Shown here in pieces: positions 8,394 through 17,634 of a DNA stretch of 30,178 nt. The notes below the pieces were generated by a model. That model was given only the letters and a program-made list of their open reading frames with translations, had not been told where the DNA came from and did no database searches. The position numbers were made by a program, and so were the translations under genes. The stretch is from a virus (taxonomy: Duplodnaviria > Caudoviricetes), in the IMG/VR virus record IMGVR_UViG_3300043772_004868, positions 1-30,178 of that record. One strand, given 5' to 3'. The stretch's first letter is position 1. Every line of letters starts with the position of its first letter.

Positions 8394-9410
8394 TCAGCGG
8401 GCGAGGCACTCGGCGGCGAGGATCGCCTCGACCCGCCGCGCGTCCATCTTCGTGACCGAGCCGAAGCCTGAGTCGAAGATCGGACCCGGCAGCGACCAGC
8501 CGCCGGGGTTCCGCGCGAGCGTGACGTCGGCGAGCAAGCTCGTGTCCTTCCCCTCTCGCCGCCCGGCTGGGTGGCTCAGGTGGTAGTTGTTCCCGGTCGG
8601 CGCGTCGGGGAACACGGCGACGAGGCCGGAGCCGAGGACGCGCCGCCAGAGGTCGACGTTCGGGTAGCCGTGCCGGAGCGCCCCATACCGCTCGTCCCAG
8701 CCGCCGAGGGCGACGAGTTCCGACCGGGCGATGCAGAGCCCCGACGACTCGGTCGCCTGTCCCGGAACGCAGTGGGCTCCGATCTGACCGGCCACGAGAT
8801 CGAGTTGCTCCGGCCGCTCGCGCCACGAGACGAGGCCGAGCAGCGCGTCGAGTTGCTCCGGCGGCATGTTCGTCACGCTCGACGACGAGCCGATGTGCCG
8901 CGAGGTGGCCGACGTCACGATCCCGGCCCGCTTGCGGTGCGGCGCGACGAGGGCGGCGAGGTGGCCGAAGGAGCCGGGCACCCGGTCGAACCACTGCGCG
9001 AGCACGAGCGGCGAGTCGACAAGTCGAAGCGCAGCGTTGAAGATCACGGTGCAGGACCGGTCGGTCGGGTCGCCGCCGTCGCGCCAGCGGGTGTAGCGAA
9101 TCGGAGCCCCGGCGTCGATCAGCGGCTCGATCATGTCCTCGACGCCGTCGTCGGAGCCGTCGTCGCAGATCAAGTATTCGACCGTGAGCCACGTCGGCCG
9201 CGCCTGTTGGAGCCAGATCGACAGGGAGCGAGCGAGCGCCTTCCGCTCGTTGCGGATCGTACCGAGCACGGTCACGGCCGGACGGCCGTCCGACGGAAGG
9301 TCGGCGAGCGCAGGGCGGGAGCGGTCCGGCGGCGTGTACCCGGTCGGGTCGGCCTTGGCGGGGTTCCAGATCGAACCGAACGGCGCGCCGAACTCGCGCT
9401 GCTCCGTCAC
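8394..9410 (-). CDS. Glycosyltransferase family 2
   Basis: 338 aa; TIRNE, LICDDGSDDG, GGWDERYG..GYPNVDLWRR. The canonical DxD looks degenerate (QWFDR). GTGA-coupled to the upstream gene. Confidence 0.8.
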   Translation of the reverse strand: MTEQREFGAPFGSIWNPAKADPTGYTPPDRSRPALADLPSDGRPAVTVLGTIRNERKALARSLSIWLQQARPTWLTVEYLICDDGSDDGVEDMIEPLIDAGAPIRYTRWRDGGDPTDRSCTVIFNAALRLVDSPLVLAQWFDRVPGSFGHLAALVAPHRKRAGIVTSATSRHIGSSSSVTNMPPEQLDALLGLVSWRERPEQLDLVAGQIGAHCVPGQATESSGLCIARSELVALGGWDERYGALRHGYPNVDLWRRVLGSGLVAVFPDAPTGNNYHLSHPAGRREGKDTSLLADVTLARNPGGWSLPGPIFDSGFGSVTKMDARRVEAILAAECLAR

Positions 9411-9916
9411 CGGCCGGCCCTCGCAGCCATGCGCGCGCGGCGCCGAAGCGTCTTTGCGGGCACGACCGACGGGTCGTCGGTGCGGCCGAAGCGGTGCGGC
9501 CCGTTCAGCCCTTCGCCGGCGGCCCGGATGCTGTCGCGCCGGATGTCAGCGACGAGCAGGCCGTCGCGTTCGAGGCGCAGGTACTCGTCGCGCCCGGCGG
9601 GCACGAACCCAACGCGGCGCGCCTCGACGTCGGTCAGCGCCACGATCCCGGCCTCGGCGAGCGCGGTGGCCGCGAGTTGCCAGTTCTCGCCGGCGAGGAC
9701 CGCGAACGCCCGGTGCTCGGTGGACACGATCACGACCCGCTGCTCGTGGTCCTTCGCCCGCGGCATCAGGGCGAGGGCGCGCAGGGCCTCGCGGAGTTCA
9801 TCGGCCCGGCCCGGCTCGCCGATCTCAACGACGCGCTTCGGGTTGGCGGCCGTCGGGCCGTCGTTTGGGTAGACGCTCGGATCGGGGAAAACGGTCAGGT
9901 TCGCGTTCGGGTTCAT
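9407..9916 (-). CDS. Hypothetical protein
   Basis: 169 aa, fills the gap between two operon genes with tight coupling; no family recognised. Confidence 0.65.
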   Translation of the reverse strand: MNPNANLTVFPDPSVYPNDGPTAANPKRVVEIGEPGRADELREALRALALMPRAKDHEQRVVIVSTEHRAFAVLAGENWQLAATALAEAGIVALTDVEARRVGFVPAGRDEYLRLERDGLLVADIRRDSIRAAGEGLNGPHRFGRTDDPSVVPAKTLRRRARMAARAGR

Positions 9917-9919
9917 GGT

Positions 9920-10933
9920 CTATCCGAGGTAACCGAGTTCACGCAGGCGGCGCCTGACGAGGTCGTCGCCGTCGCCCGACACCGGCTGCGCCCACGCCGG
10001 CCCCTTCGAGATCATGCCCACGGGCGGCGGCAAGCGGAGCAGGTCGTAGAGCCCGCCAGCGACCTCGACGAGCCGTTGCTCGGGGAGCAGGCCGCGCGCG
10101 TGGATGTCGTCCCCGGCCGCAACGAGGACGCCCTCCATCGCGTGACCGCCGACCAGCCCGGCGGCCAGCGAGGGCGGCCCGTGGTTCGTCGCGCGGTAGG
10201 TCGAGCAGCGAGGCGCGGTCAGCGCGTCGAACCCGTGGTCGGACATCACGACGAGGTTCTCGGTGCCGTCGCGGAGCCGGGGCAGCAGGGCGAGCGCGTC
10301 GCGGACCGCAAGCCGGTAGCCGTCCGACCCCCACAGGTGATGCCCGGCGCCGTCGGTCGACCGGAACCAGACGACCTCGACGTCGGCCGGCGGCGCCGAG
10401 CCGCGCAGCCATCGCTCGATCTCAACCTCGGCACGCGACAGGCCGGCGACGTCCTTCGTTCCGCCCGGCCCGTGGTCGCAGACGACCGCGTCGATCGGGT
10501 AGCCGAGCACGTCGAGCCCCCGCGGCGAGAACCACGGGCGGCGAGGGTCGACCTTGGCGATCGGGTCGACCGGGAACCCCGACACTACCCACGAGCCTCG
10601 CGGCAAGGGGAACGCGGGCCACGTCAGCGGCACGTTCACGAGCCCGACGGTCAACCCCTGCCGGGCGAGATCGTGGACCCAAGGGCGGGTGCGGATCAAC
10701 TCCTGCGACGAGGTGTAGTGGTCGCCCGACCAGCCGAGGTCGACCTCCCGGCCGGCGAGCAGGGCGCCGACCGCCGTCGGCGTCACCGGCACGTCGCACG
10801 CCCGGAGGGGGGCCGAGCAGCCGTCGGCGGCGATCCTCCACAGGTCGTCGCAGTCCTCGCGGTGCGTCGAGCACCACTCCCAATCCAGCCCGTCGAACAC
10901 GACGATCCGAACCCTCGACCGCGGACGGCTCAC
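9920..10933 (-). CDS. Alkaline phosphatase superfamily protein (nucleotide pyrophosphatase/phosphodiesterase-like)
   Basis: 337 aa from GTG 10933 (GTGA overlap). Motifs VFDGLDW, PVTPTA, VNVPLTWP, TDGAGHHLWG, VMSDHGF, GGHAMEG and C-terminal RLRELGY. Confidence 0.85.
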   Translation of the reverse strand: MSRPRSRVRIVVFDGLDWEWCSTHREDCDDLWRIAADGCSAPLRACDVPVTPTAVGALLAGREVDLGWSGDHYTSSQELIRTRPWVHDLARQGLTVGLVNVPLTWPAFPLPRGSWVVSGFPVDPIAKVDPRRPWFSPRGLDVLGYPIDAVVCDHGPGGTKDVAGLSRAEVEIERWLRGSAPPADVEVVWFRSTDGAGHHLWGSDGYRLAVRDALALLPRLRDGTENLVVMSDHGFDALTAPRCSTYRATNHGPPSLAAGLVGGHAMEGVLVAAGDDIHARGLLPEQRLVEVAGGLYDLLRLPPPVGMISKGPAWAQPVSGDGDDLVRRRLRELGYLG

Positions 10934-11697
10934 AGCCCGACGGCCTCGCCGCCCTTCGCCTTGCGGGTGCGCTTCGCCTTCGGTGCGTCGGTCGAGCAGA
11001 CCTCGGCGGCGACGGTGGCGCGCGGAACCCGCGAGCCCTCGGCCGTCTCGAACCAGCCCTCGGCCTCGGCGATGATCTGCGGCCACGGGCGCGCAGGCAG
11101 GAACCGGAGCGCGTCAGCGACCCGGAGGGCGAGCGCACGGTAGCCGACCGGCGAGAGGTGGACGCCGTCGCAGAGCAGCGAGTCGGGCATGTCGGCGAGT
11201 TCGACGAGCACCACCGGCGCCGGGTTGCCGTCGAGTTCGGCGGCAAGGGCGCGGACGCGCGCGGAGGCCGCGTCGGCCCACGCCTGCGCGTTCGGGCCGA
11301 AGGCGGGCATCGCTTCGCCTCGGATCGGCGGGAAGGTACACAAGGCGAGCGGGACGGATGCCCGGCGCCCCCACGCGACGACCTGCCGCAGCAGGAGTTC
11401 CCACTCGTCGAGCGGCGCGCCCGGATGCTTCGCGTCGTTCGTGCCGGCGAGCACGACCGCCCAGCGAGGGCCGGCGTAGGCGAGAAGCTCGCGGAACGCT
11501 CCGGGCGCACGGTCGGCGATCTGGCGGATCGTCTGCCCGCTGATCCCGCGGTTCAGCGGCGACCACTCCTCGCCGGTCGAGCCGGTCAGGATCGAAGCGA
11601 GGTGCTCCGGGTAGCCGAGGCCGGCGTGGCCTCCGACGTCGGCGCGGGCGCCGAAGGTGAGCGAGTCGCCGAGAAGGAGCAGGGAGCCGAACAGCAT
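10930..11697 (-). CDS. SGNH/GDSL hydrolase (possible O-acyl esterase/transferase)
   Basis: All four SGNH blocks present: LGDSLT, NRGISG, AGTND, DGVH. Confidence 0.92.
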   Translation of the reverse strand: MLFGSLLLLGDSLTFGARADVGGHAGLGYPEHLASILTGSTGEEWSPLNRGISGQTIRQIADRAPGAFRELLAYAGPRWAVVLAGTNDAKHPGAPLDEWELLLRQVVAWGRRASVPLALCTFPPIRGEAMPAFGPNAQAWADAASARVRALAAELDGNPAPVVLVELADMPDSLLCDGVHLSPVGYRALALRVADALRFLPARPWPQIIAEAEGWFETAEGSRVPRATVAAEVCSTDAPKAKRTRKAKGGEAVGL

Positions 11698-11721
11698 GGG
11701 CGACCGGTAGCACGACGCGCC

Positions 11722-11827
11722 GAACTTTTTTCGGGAATCTTCGCTCGTGAGCCTTTACGGTAACCGATAGTCGGTTACATGATTGGGGCGGGGAGCGAAC
11801 AAACAGCCCCGCACGGAGAAGAAGATG
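11722..11827 (+). promoter_or_regulatory. Cassette leader repeat, copy 3
   Basis: GAACTTTTTTCGGGAATCTTC; TAACCG-ATAGT-CGGTTA 11761-11777; GCGGGG-N13-CCCCGC; GGAGAAGAAGATG. Confidence 0.85.
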
Positions 11828-12031
11828 AACGCAGCCGCCCCCGCCGCCGTCCACCCGCTCGCCCTCGCCTTCCTACGCGCCGACGCGGAGGACGAGCACA
11901 AGCGCGCCGAGATCAACGCCCGCGGCGACGGCTGGGGGCATGCCGAATACGCCGAAATACGGCCGTTCGAGGCGGCCCGCATCGCCGCCCGGAAGGCGTG
12001 GGCCGCCGCGGGGTTCCCGTTCGAGGCGTAG
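11825..12031 (+). CDS. Hypothetical protein (cassette 3)
   Basis: 68 aa MNAAAPAAVHPLALAF..., starts at the repeat ATG and fills the gap between minus-strand genes. Confidence 0.75.
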   Translation: MNAAAPAAVHPLALAFLRADAEDEHKRAEINARGDGWGHAEYAEIRPFEAARIAARKAWAAAGFPFEA

Positions 12032-12032
12032 G

Positions 12033-12821
12033 CTACCAGCCGGCGGCGACCATGTGCCGCCAAGACATCACGACGTCGCCGCCGACCTCCTCGATCCGAC
12101 AGAGCCGGCGCGCGCCCTCCGGTGCCAGTCGGTGCAGGTCGAGAATCGCCTCGGCCTCCGGCCCCTCGATGCCAGAGCCCGAGAGCCACGCCCGGAGCGA
12201 GTTCCCGTGCGTCCACCGCTCGACGACTCGGACGTCCTCGCAGCCGGCCTCGAACAGCCAGTCGGCGACCGCAGCCGAGTGGAACGTGAACCGGCCCGGC
12301 TCCTTCGCGCGCATCGCGTCGACGTAGAGCCCCCACGCAGAGTGCCGGTGGTGCGATGACTGCGGCGGACCCTCGACGATCACGACGGCGGTCCCCGGAG
12401 CGCAGCGGGACCGCCATCGCTCAATCGTTTGCAGCGGCGAGTCCGGCGCGTGGTGCAGGACCATCCGAGACACGACGCCGGCGAACTTCCCGTCCGGTAG
12501 CGAGAACGGGTCGGCGACGGCCGAGACGGTCAACGCCGGCCGGCGCCCGAGCCGCGCCTTCGCAAGTTCGACCATCGTGGGCGAGAGGTCGACCGCGTCG
12601 ACGGCGAGCCACCGCTCGGCAAGCGCCTCCGTGAACGTCCCGGTGCCGCACCCGACCTCCAGCGTCCGACCCTTCGTCGAGGCGTCGGCGAAGCCGGGCG
12701 ACTCGCGGAGCAGCCGGGCCGCGTGGTCGGCGGACCACTTCAACAGGTCCGCCCTGGTCGTCCAGCCGTTCCCGTCGTAGGTCGTGGCGCGGGCGTTCCA
12801 ATAGTCGAGTTCGGTGGTCAT
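12033..12821 (-). CDS. Class I SAM-dependent methyltransferase
   Basis: LEVGCGTG, AVDLSPTMVELA, SRMVLHH. Confidence 0.9.
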   Translation of the reverse strand: MTTELDYWNARATTYDGNGWTTRADLLKWSADHAARLLRESPGFADASTKGRTLEVGCGTGTFTEALAERWLAVDAVDLSPTMVELAKARLGRRPALTVSAVADPFSLPDGKFAGVVSRMVLHHAPDSPLQTIERWRSRCAPGTAVVIVEGPPQSSHHRHSAWGLYVDAMRAKEPGRFTFHSAAVADWLFEAGCEDVRVVERWTHGNSLRAWLSGSGIEGPEAEAILDLHRLAPEGARRLCRIEEVGGDVVMSWRHMVAAGW

Positions 12822-12830
12822 GCCGAGAGC

Positions 12831-13907
12831 CTATCGCGTCAACGCCTCGATCAACCGCTCGGGACTGTCCGGCGTCGTGTAGGGCGCCGACATCGCCTCG
12901 CCGACCCCTGCGCGCGATCCTCGCCACTCGTCGTCGTTCGCGAGCAGGCGGGAGACGGCTTCGACGACCTCGCCGGGCGCCCGCCTCGGCGGCAACCGCG
13001 GACCGATTCGATCTCTGAACTCCCACTCCGGCCCGGTTGGGTCGAGTTGCCCGGAGTCGAGCAACGCCGACGGGTCCGGGTCGATCATCACGACCGGCAG
13101 ACCGCCGAGCGGACCGATCACGGTCGGGTCGTTCGGGCCGCGTACCAGCGTCGCGAGCAGGACGATCCCGGAAACGTCGCCGACGAGGACGTCCGACCCG
13201 AGCAGCAGGGCCGACGGGTGTTCGAGCGGATCGTCGACGAACGCGCCGAACGACCGAACCTCGTCGAGTTCCCCTGGTCGGCGCCACGCCGCCGCCCAAT
13301 GCGGACGCCAGATCACGATCCGCTCACGGTCGGCCGCCAACTCGCGCACAGCATCGAGCGACGTCCACGGGTTCCACGTCGTCGCGACGGCGACCACCGG
13401 GCGCGAGTCGTCGTGCCGGAGGCCGACCCGGTCGAGCAGGGCGGCGCGCGCCCCGGCACGGTCGGGCGAGAGGACGGGCGCAGCCCACGGGCACCCCGCC
13501 GTCGCAAACTGGATCGGCCTGCGCTTCGGAAGCCGCCCCCACGCGGACGCGAGCCGGCCGACATCGAACTCGGAGAACGCCGCGATGTGGTCGGCGTCGA
13601 ACTGCTCCGGCTCGTAGGTGTTCCCCCTCGACGCGAGCGAGTGCCTCAACGACACGATCTCAGTCGACGACGGGAGCAGGACGCGAAGCGGAGCGAACGG
13701 GTAGTCGGCGGCGAGGAGGTAGTCGGCGCCGACCGAGGCCGCGCGGATCGCCTCCTTCGCGTTGAACGAGCCCGTCCACCAATCGTGATGGTTGCGCGGC
13801 TCGTGGCCGACCTCGACGACCTCGTGACCCGCCCGCCCCCCCGCCGCTATGGCGGCGGCGCGGCACCACCGGTGGAACGGCAGGCCAGAGAACGCGACGA
13901 ACTTCAC
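12831..13907 (-). CDS. CDP-glycerol:glycerophosphate transferase (TagF/TagB)-like GT-B protein
   Basis: 358 aa from GTG 13907 (GTGA overlap). VAVATTW (cf. YAPTW), WRPHW (cf. K.HP) and SDVLVGDVSG (cf. D.LITDYSS). The actual donor is uncertain. Confidence 0.7.
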   Translation of the reverse strand: MKFVAFSGLPFHRWCRAAAIAAGGRAGHEVVEVGHEPRNHHDWWTGSFNAKEAIRAASVGADYLLAADYPFAPLRVLLPSSTEIVSLRHSLASRGNTYEPEQFDADHIAAFSEFDVGRLASAWGRLPKRRPIQFATAGCPWAAPVLSPDRAGARAALLDRVGLRHDDSRPVVAVATTWNPWTSLDAVRELAADRERIVIWRPHWAAAWRRPGELDEVRSFGAFVDDPLEHPSALLLGSDVLVGDVSGIVLLATLVRGPNDPTVIGPLGGLPVVMIDPDPSALLDSGQLDPTGPEWEFRDRIGPRLPPRRAPGEVVEAVSRLLANDDEWRGSRAGVGEAMSAPYTTPDSPERLIEALTR

Positions 13908-14653
13908 CGCCGGCCCACGGTCAGGGCCATGCCCGGTGCGACGGGAACGACGCTTCGCCGTCCGAGCGAATCGAGGACGAGGACGGTCGTCGTCGAGTGA
14001 TCGACCGACACGAGCCCCGCCCGGCGGAACAGCAGCGCGATCTCGTCCGGGTCGCGCCAGTAGACGACCTCGCTCAACTGCATCGTCCACTTCTCAGGGT
14101 CCGGCCCGTAGAGGCGCGCGATCCGAGTCGTCCTCGACGCCGTGTCGACCTCGTAGGTCGTGCGCCGGACCCATCGGTGGTCGGTCGGATCATTCGGGTT
14201 CGCGACGGTCTGGTCGACGACACGGTCGCTCGTCAGCTTCGGCACGAACGCCTCGACGGCAACGAGCGCGCCCGGAAGCGCGACCTCGGCCATCGCCTCG
14301 ATCGCTTCGGCCTGCCGAGCGTGCGGAAGGAGGAGCAGGGACGAGTAAGCGCAGACGACGAGGGCCGGCCGAGGCCCGGCCGCCCGAAGGCTCGCGACAC
14401 GCTCGGCGCCGCCGACGCTCGCCTTGATCCCGGCGTCGCGAGCGACCGATACGAACGCCGCGCTCTGGTCGACGCCGTAGACCGTGCGCTCGCCGAGCAG
14501 CCCGCGCGTGGCCCGGCCGTCGCCGCAGCAGACGTCGAGGACGGGACCGCCGAGGGCCGCGCCGGAAAGGGCGGCCCACGTCGCGGCGTCGTCGGTTCGC
14601 CTCCCGAAGTCGAGGCGGTAGACGTCGGCGAGGGTGACTTCGTGGATCGGCAT
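13904..14653 (-). CDS. Class I SAM-dependent methyltransferase
   Basis: 249 aa from ATG 14653 (GGAG RBS); GPVLDVCCGDGR, YGVDQS. Confidence 0.88.
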   Translation of the reverse strand: MPIHEVTLADVYRLDFGRRTDDAATWAALSGAALGGPVLDVCCGDGRATRGLLGERTVYGVDQSAAFVSVARDAGIKASVGGAERVASLRAAGPRPALVVCAYSSLLLLPHARQAEAIEAMAEVALPGALVAVEAFVPKLTSDRVVDQTVANPNDPTDHRWVRRTTYEVDTASRTTRIARLYGPDPEKWTMQLSEVVYWRDPDEIALLFRRAGLVSVDHSTTTVLVLDSLGRRSVVPVAPGMALTVGRR

Positions 14654-14774
14654 CGGCGTTGCTCCGCTGGTCGGGTAACGGGAAAGCCGACGCGCGCCGG
14701 TCGGTGCCAACCCCCCTATTCGGGGAATAACGGCCGGCGCACGTCGAGAGGCCGGCGGGATTGCCGGCCACGGG

Positions 14775-15089
14775 TCAGCGCGACGGGGTTGCCCCGCAGA
14801 TCGCACGTTTCGATTCGGCGGCGGCGTCGGCGTCGACCGTCCGGTTCTTTGTCTCGCCATAGCCGAGGTCCTCGGCCGGCTTCAACCGCGGCTCAACGGC
14901 GACCACGACCTCCGGCGGCAGGACGAGGACGATCGCGCCGCTCGGGAGCTTCGGCCAGAGGCCGGCGCCGCGGAGTTCGTCGCGGACGGTCTTCACGCGG
15001 CCCTCGCCGCCGGGCACCCGGAGGACGAGGACGTCGAGCGGGCCGGGCGTGAGCTTGCCGATGAAACGGGCGAGGAGGGAGCGGATCAT
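14775..15089 (-). CDS. Hypothetical protein
   Basis: 104 aa, ATGA-coupled to the radical SAM gene. Confidence 0.55.
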   Translation of the reverse strand: MIRSLLARFIGKLTPGPLDVLVLRVPGGEGRVKTVRDELRGAGLWPKLPSGAIVLVLPPEVVVAVEPRLKPAEDLGYGETKNRTVDADAAAESKRAICGATPSR

Positions 15090-16531
15090 GCGACGATTCC
15101 TTGGCGATCACGGGGGCAGAGGCGCAGGAGCGCCTCTTGAACGTAGGTGTGTCGGTCGTCGATCTCGGCGGCGGTCGTTCCGTCCTTGTACCGCCAAAAC
15201 CCGCCGCCCGACTGCTCGTTGCCGCCGACGATGAACACGCCCTCGTAGGCGCTCGCGGCCAGCGTGTCCCGGTCGATCTCGATCCCGGAGTCGTTCCACG
15301 ACGGCGTGCCGGGCAGCGGAACGAGCGTCGACAGAATCCAGTCGTCCGGTTGCTCGGCCGCGACGAAGTCAACGAGCGCCTGCACGTCGTCCCACGTCTC
15401 GCCGGGGAGGCCGACCATGATCGAGCACCGGGCCTTGATCCCCGCCGCCTTCAGGTTGCGGATCGCCGCACGGTTCTGCTCGACCGTCGTTTGCTTGGCG
15501 ATCGCCTTCAGGAGCCGGTCGGAGCCGGACTCGACCCCGACGCAGCACGACACGAACCCGGCGTCGTGCATTTCGCGGAGCATCGGGAGCCGGTCGGGGC
15601 GGGCGATCAGGTTCGCCCTCGTCCACCCTCGCCACTGGACGCCCCGTGCCTTCAGGCCGGCGCACAGTTCGGACATCCGGGCGGTCGAACACGCGGTCAG
15701 CGAGTCGTCGAGGAACAGGATGTTCTCGATCCCGGTCGTCTCGCGGATCGCATCGACCTCGGCGAGCACGCGAGCGGGCGACATCAGCCGGAGGCCCTCG
15801 CCCCACAGGTCGACCTGCTGGCAGTAGGTGCAGCGAGCCGGGCACCCGCGGCTCGTGATCAGGTTCGTGGCGGCCTTGCCCGCGATCCGTCGCGTGTACC
15901 GCGAGAAGTCGAGTAGGTCGCGGGCCGGGATCGGCGCGTCGTCGAGCGGGTCGATCTGCGTCCCGTCGATCACGACGGCGCGCGTCACGGCGAACCCGCG
16001 CTCGATCGTTGCTCCTCCGTGGTGGACGCGCTCGGCCGGGAACGCGAGCCCGTCGCGGAACAAGCCGGCCCGGCCGCCGTTCGCGACGAGTTGCCAGATC
16101 AAGGCAACCCACGCGGCCTCGCCCTCGTATCGAACCACCACGTCGAAGTCGGCGGCAAGGTCGGCGGGCATCGCCGAGGCGTGCGCGCCACCGGCGACGA
16201 ACACCGCGCCGGGCTCGCGAAGCCGGAGCGCGCGAACCAGCGGCAAGCCGGAGGCGAGTTGCATGGAGGCAAGCGACAGCCCGTAGACGTCGCAGCCGGT
16301 CGGAACCTCGGCGAGCATCCGGTCGAGCGAGAAGTCGTGCGTGTTGCCGCCCGGATGGTCCTTCGAGCCCTCCGGGCCGGCCGGGTAGCAGGACACGTTC
16401 AGGTCGACGACGGCCGGCGTCCCGAGCCCCGCGTTCCGCTGCGCGGCGGCGAGGTAGAGCAGGCCCAGCGGCGGCGCGATCCTCGGGTCCGCCATCGACT
16501 TGTTCGGCGGTGCGATCAGGCAGACGTTCAT
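15086..16531 (-). CDS. Cobalamin-binding radical SAM enzyme (class B methyltransferase-like)
   Basis: 481 aa from ATG 16531 (ATGA overlap). N-terminal B12 domain PPLGLLYLAA..VAGGAHAS..EGE; TSRGCPARCTYC (CxxxCxxC); GVESGS; MVGLPGET. Confidence 0.92.
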   Translation of the reverse strand: MNVCLIAPPNKSMADPRIAPPLGLLYLAAAQRNAGLGTPAVVDLNVSCYPAGPEGSKDHPGGNTHDFSLDRMLAEVPTGCDVYGLSLASMQLASGLPLVRALRLREPGAVFVAGGAHASAMPADLAADFDVVVRYEGEAAWVALIWQLVANGGRAGLFRDGLAFPAERVHHGGATIERGFAVTRAVVIDGTQIDPLDDAPIPARDLLDFSRYTRRIAGKAATNLITSRGCPARCTYCQQVDLWGEGLRLMSPARVLAEVDAIRETTGIENILFLDDSLTACSTARMSELCAGLKARGVQWRGWTRANLIARPDRLPMLREMHDAGFVSCCVGVESGSDRLLKAIAKQTTVEQNRAAIRNLKAAGIKARCSIMVGLPGETWDDVQALVDFVAAEQPDDWILSTLVPLPGTPSWNDSGIEIDRDTLAASAYEGVFIVGGNEQSGGGFWRYKDGTTAAEIDDRHTYVQEALLRLCPRDRQGIVA

Positions 16532-17634
16532 CCGGTCCCCCCGTAGGCGTCGATCAGTTCGTCGAGGTCGCGCTCGGACAGGAACGCCCGAGCCGCCTTC
16601 CACCCGCACTCGGCCAGCGTCAACGACGAGTCGAGCCCGTAGGCGAAGTCATGGCCGGGCCTGTCCCGCACGAACGTCGTCCGGTCGGTTCCCGGATGGC
16701 GCAGGCCCCGCTCCTCACACCTCGTCGCCAGCGTGCCGACGACGAGCCGGTTCGAGCCCCGCTGGGCGGAGCCGGCGTGGACGATCCCGCACTTCGCCGA
16801 CGTCGGCAGGAGCGACACGTCGGTCGCTTCGAGCGCGAGGTGAACGAGCAGCCGGGCGACGTCCTCGACGTGGACCCACTCCCGAATCTGCTTTCCGTCG
16901 CCGTACAGCGGGACGAGTTCGTTCGAGCAGAGCTTCCGGACGGCGACCGGGATCAGCTTGTCGGGGGCCTGCCCCGGCCCGTAGAGGTTCGTGGGGCGGA
17001 CAATCACGGCGTCGAGCCCGGCGCACCGGACCTCGGCGAGCACGGCGGCCTCGGCGGCGATCTTCGACGCGGCGTAGGGCGAGCCGGGCGGGTAGGCGGG
17101 CGAGTTCACATCGGCGATGTCGATCTCGTGGGCGATCCGGCCGCCCCCGTTGATCACCGACACCCAACGGTCGCCGAGCACCTCGTCGGTCGAAACGTGG
17201 ATCAGCCGGACGGCGTTCGCGGCGCACCATCGGGCGACCCGAGCGGTGCCGATCGCGTTCGTCCGCCAGAAGCGGTCGAGGGCGTCGTCGATCCCGTCGT
17301 CCCCCTCGACGGCGAGGGTGGTCGGGACGCGGCCGAGCGACCGGTCGACGTGCGTTTCGGCGGCAAGGTGGAGCACCGCGACCGGTTGCCCGAACCCGAG
17401 AAAGCTGAGCCGCCGATCGAGGTCGCGCCATGCCCTCGGACTCGCGACGTCGGCGTGGTGGAACACCACGTCCGACAGCATCCCGACGACCTCCGGCATG
17501 TTGACGGCGGCGTAGGTGTCGAGGTCGAACGCTACGATCTGGACGCCCTCGGCGGCGAGGCGGCGGCAGACGTGCAAGCCGAGGAACCCGCAGGCCCCGG
17601 TGACGACGACGATCTGTTTCGGTTCGGTGGTCAT
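16528..17634 (-). CDS. rmlB: dTDP-glucose 4,6-dehydratase
   Basis: 368 aa; VTGACGFLG, HLAAETHVDRS, HVSTDEV, SPYAASK, YGPGQ.PDKLIP, YGDGKQIREWVHVED, DRPGHD. Confidence 0.92.
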   Translation of the reverse strand: MTTEPKQIVVVTGACGFLGLHVCRRLAAEGVQIVAFDLDTYAAVNMPEVVGMLSDVVFHHADVASPRAWRDLDRRLSFLGFGQPVAVLHLAAETHVDRSLGRVPTTLAVEGDDGIDDALDRFWRTNAIGTARVARWCAANAVRLIHVSTDEVLGDRWVSVINGGGRIAHEIDIADVNSPAYPPGSPYAASKIAAEAAVLAEVRCAGLDAVIVRPTNLYGPGQAPDKLIPVAVRKLCSNELVPLYGDGKQIREWVHVEDVARLLVHLALEATDVSLLPTSAKCGIVHAGSAQRGSNRLVVGTLATRCEERGLRHPGTDRTTFVRDRPGHDFAYGLDSSLTLAECGWKAARAFLSERDLDELIDAYGGTG

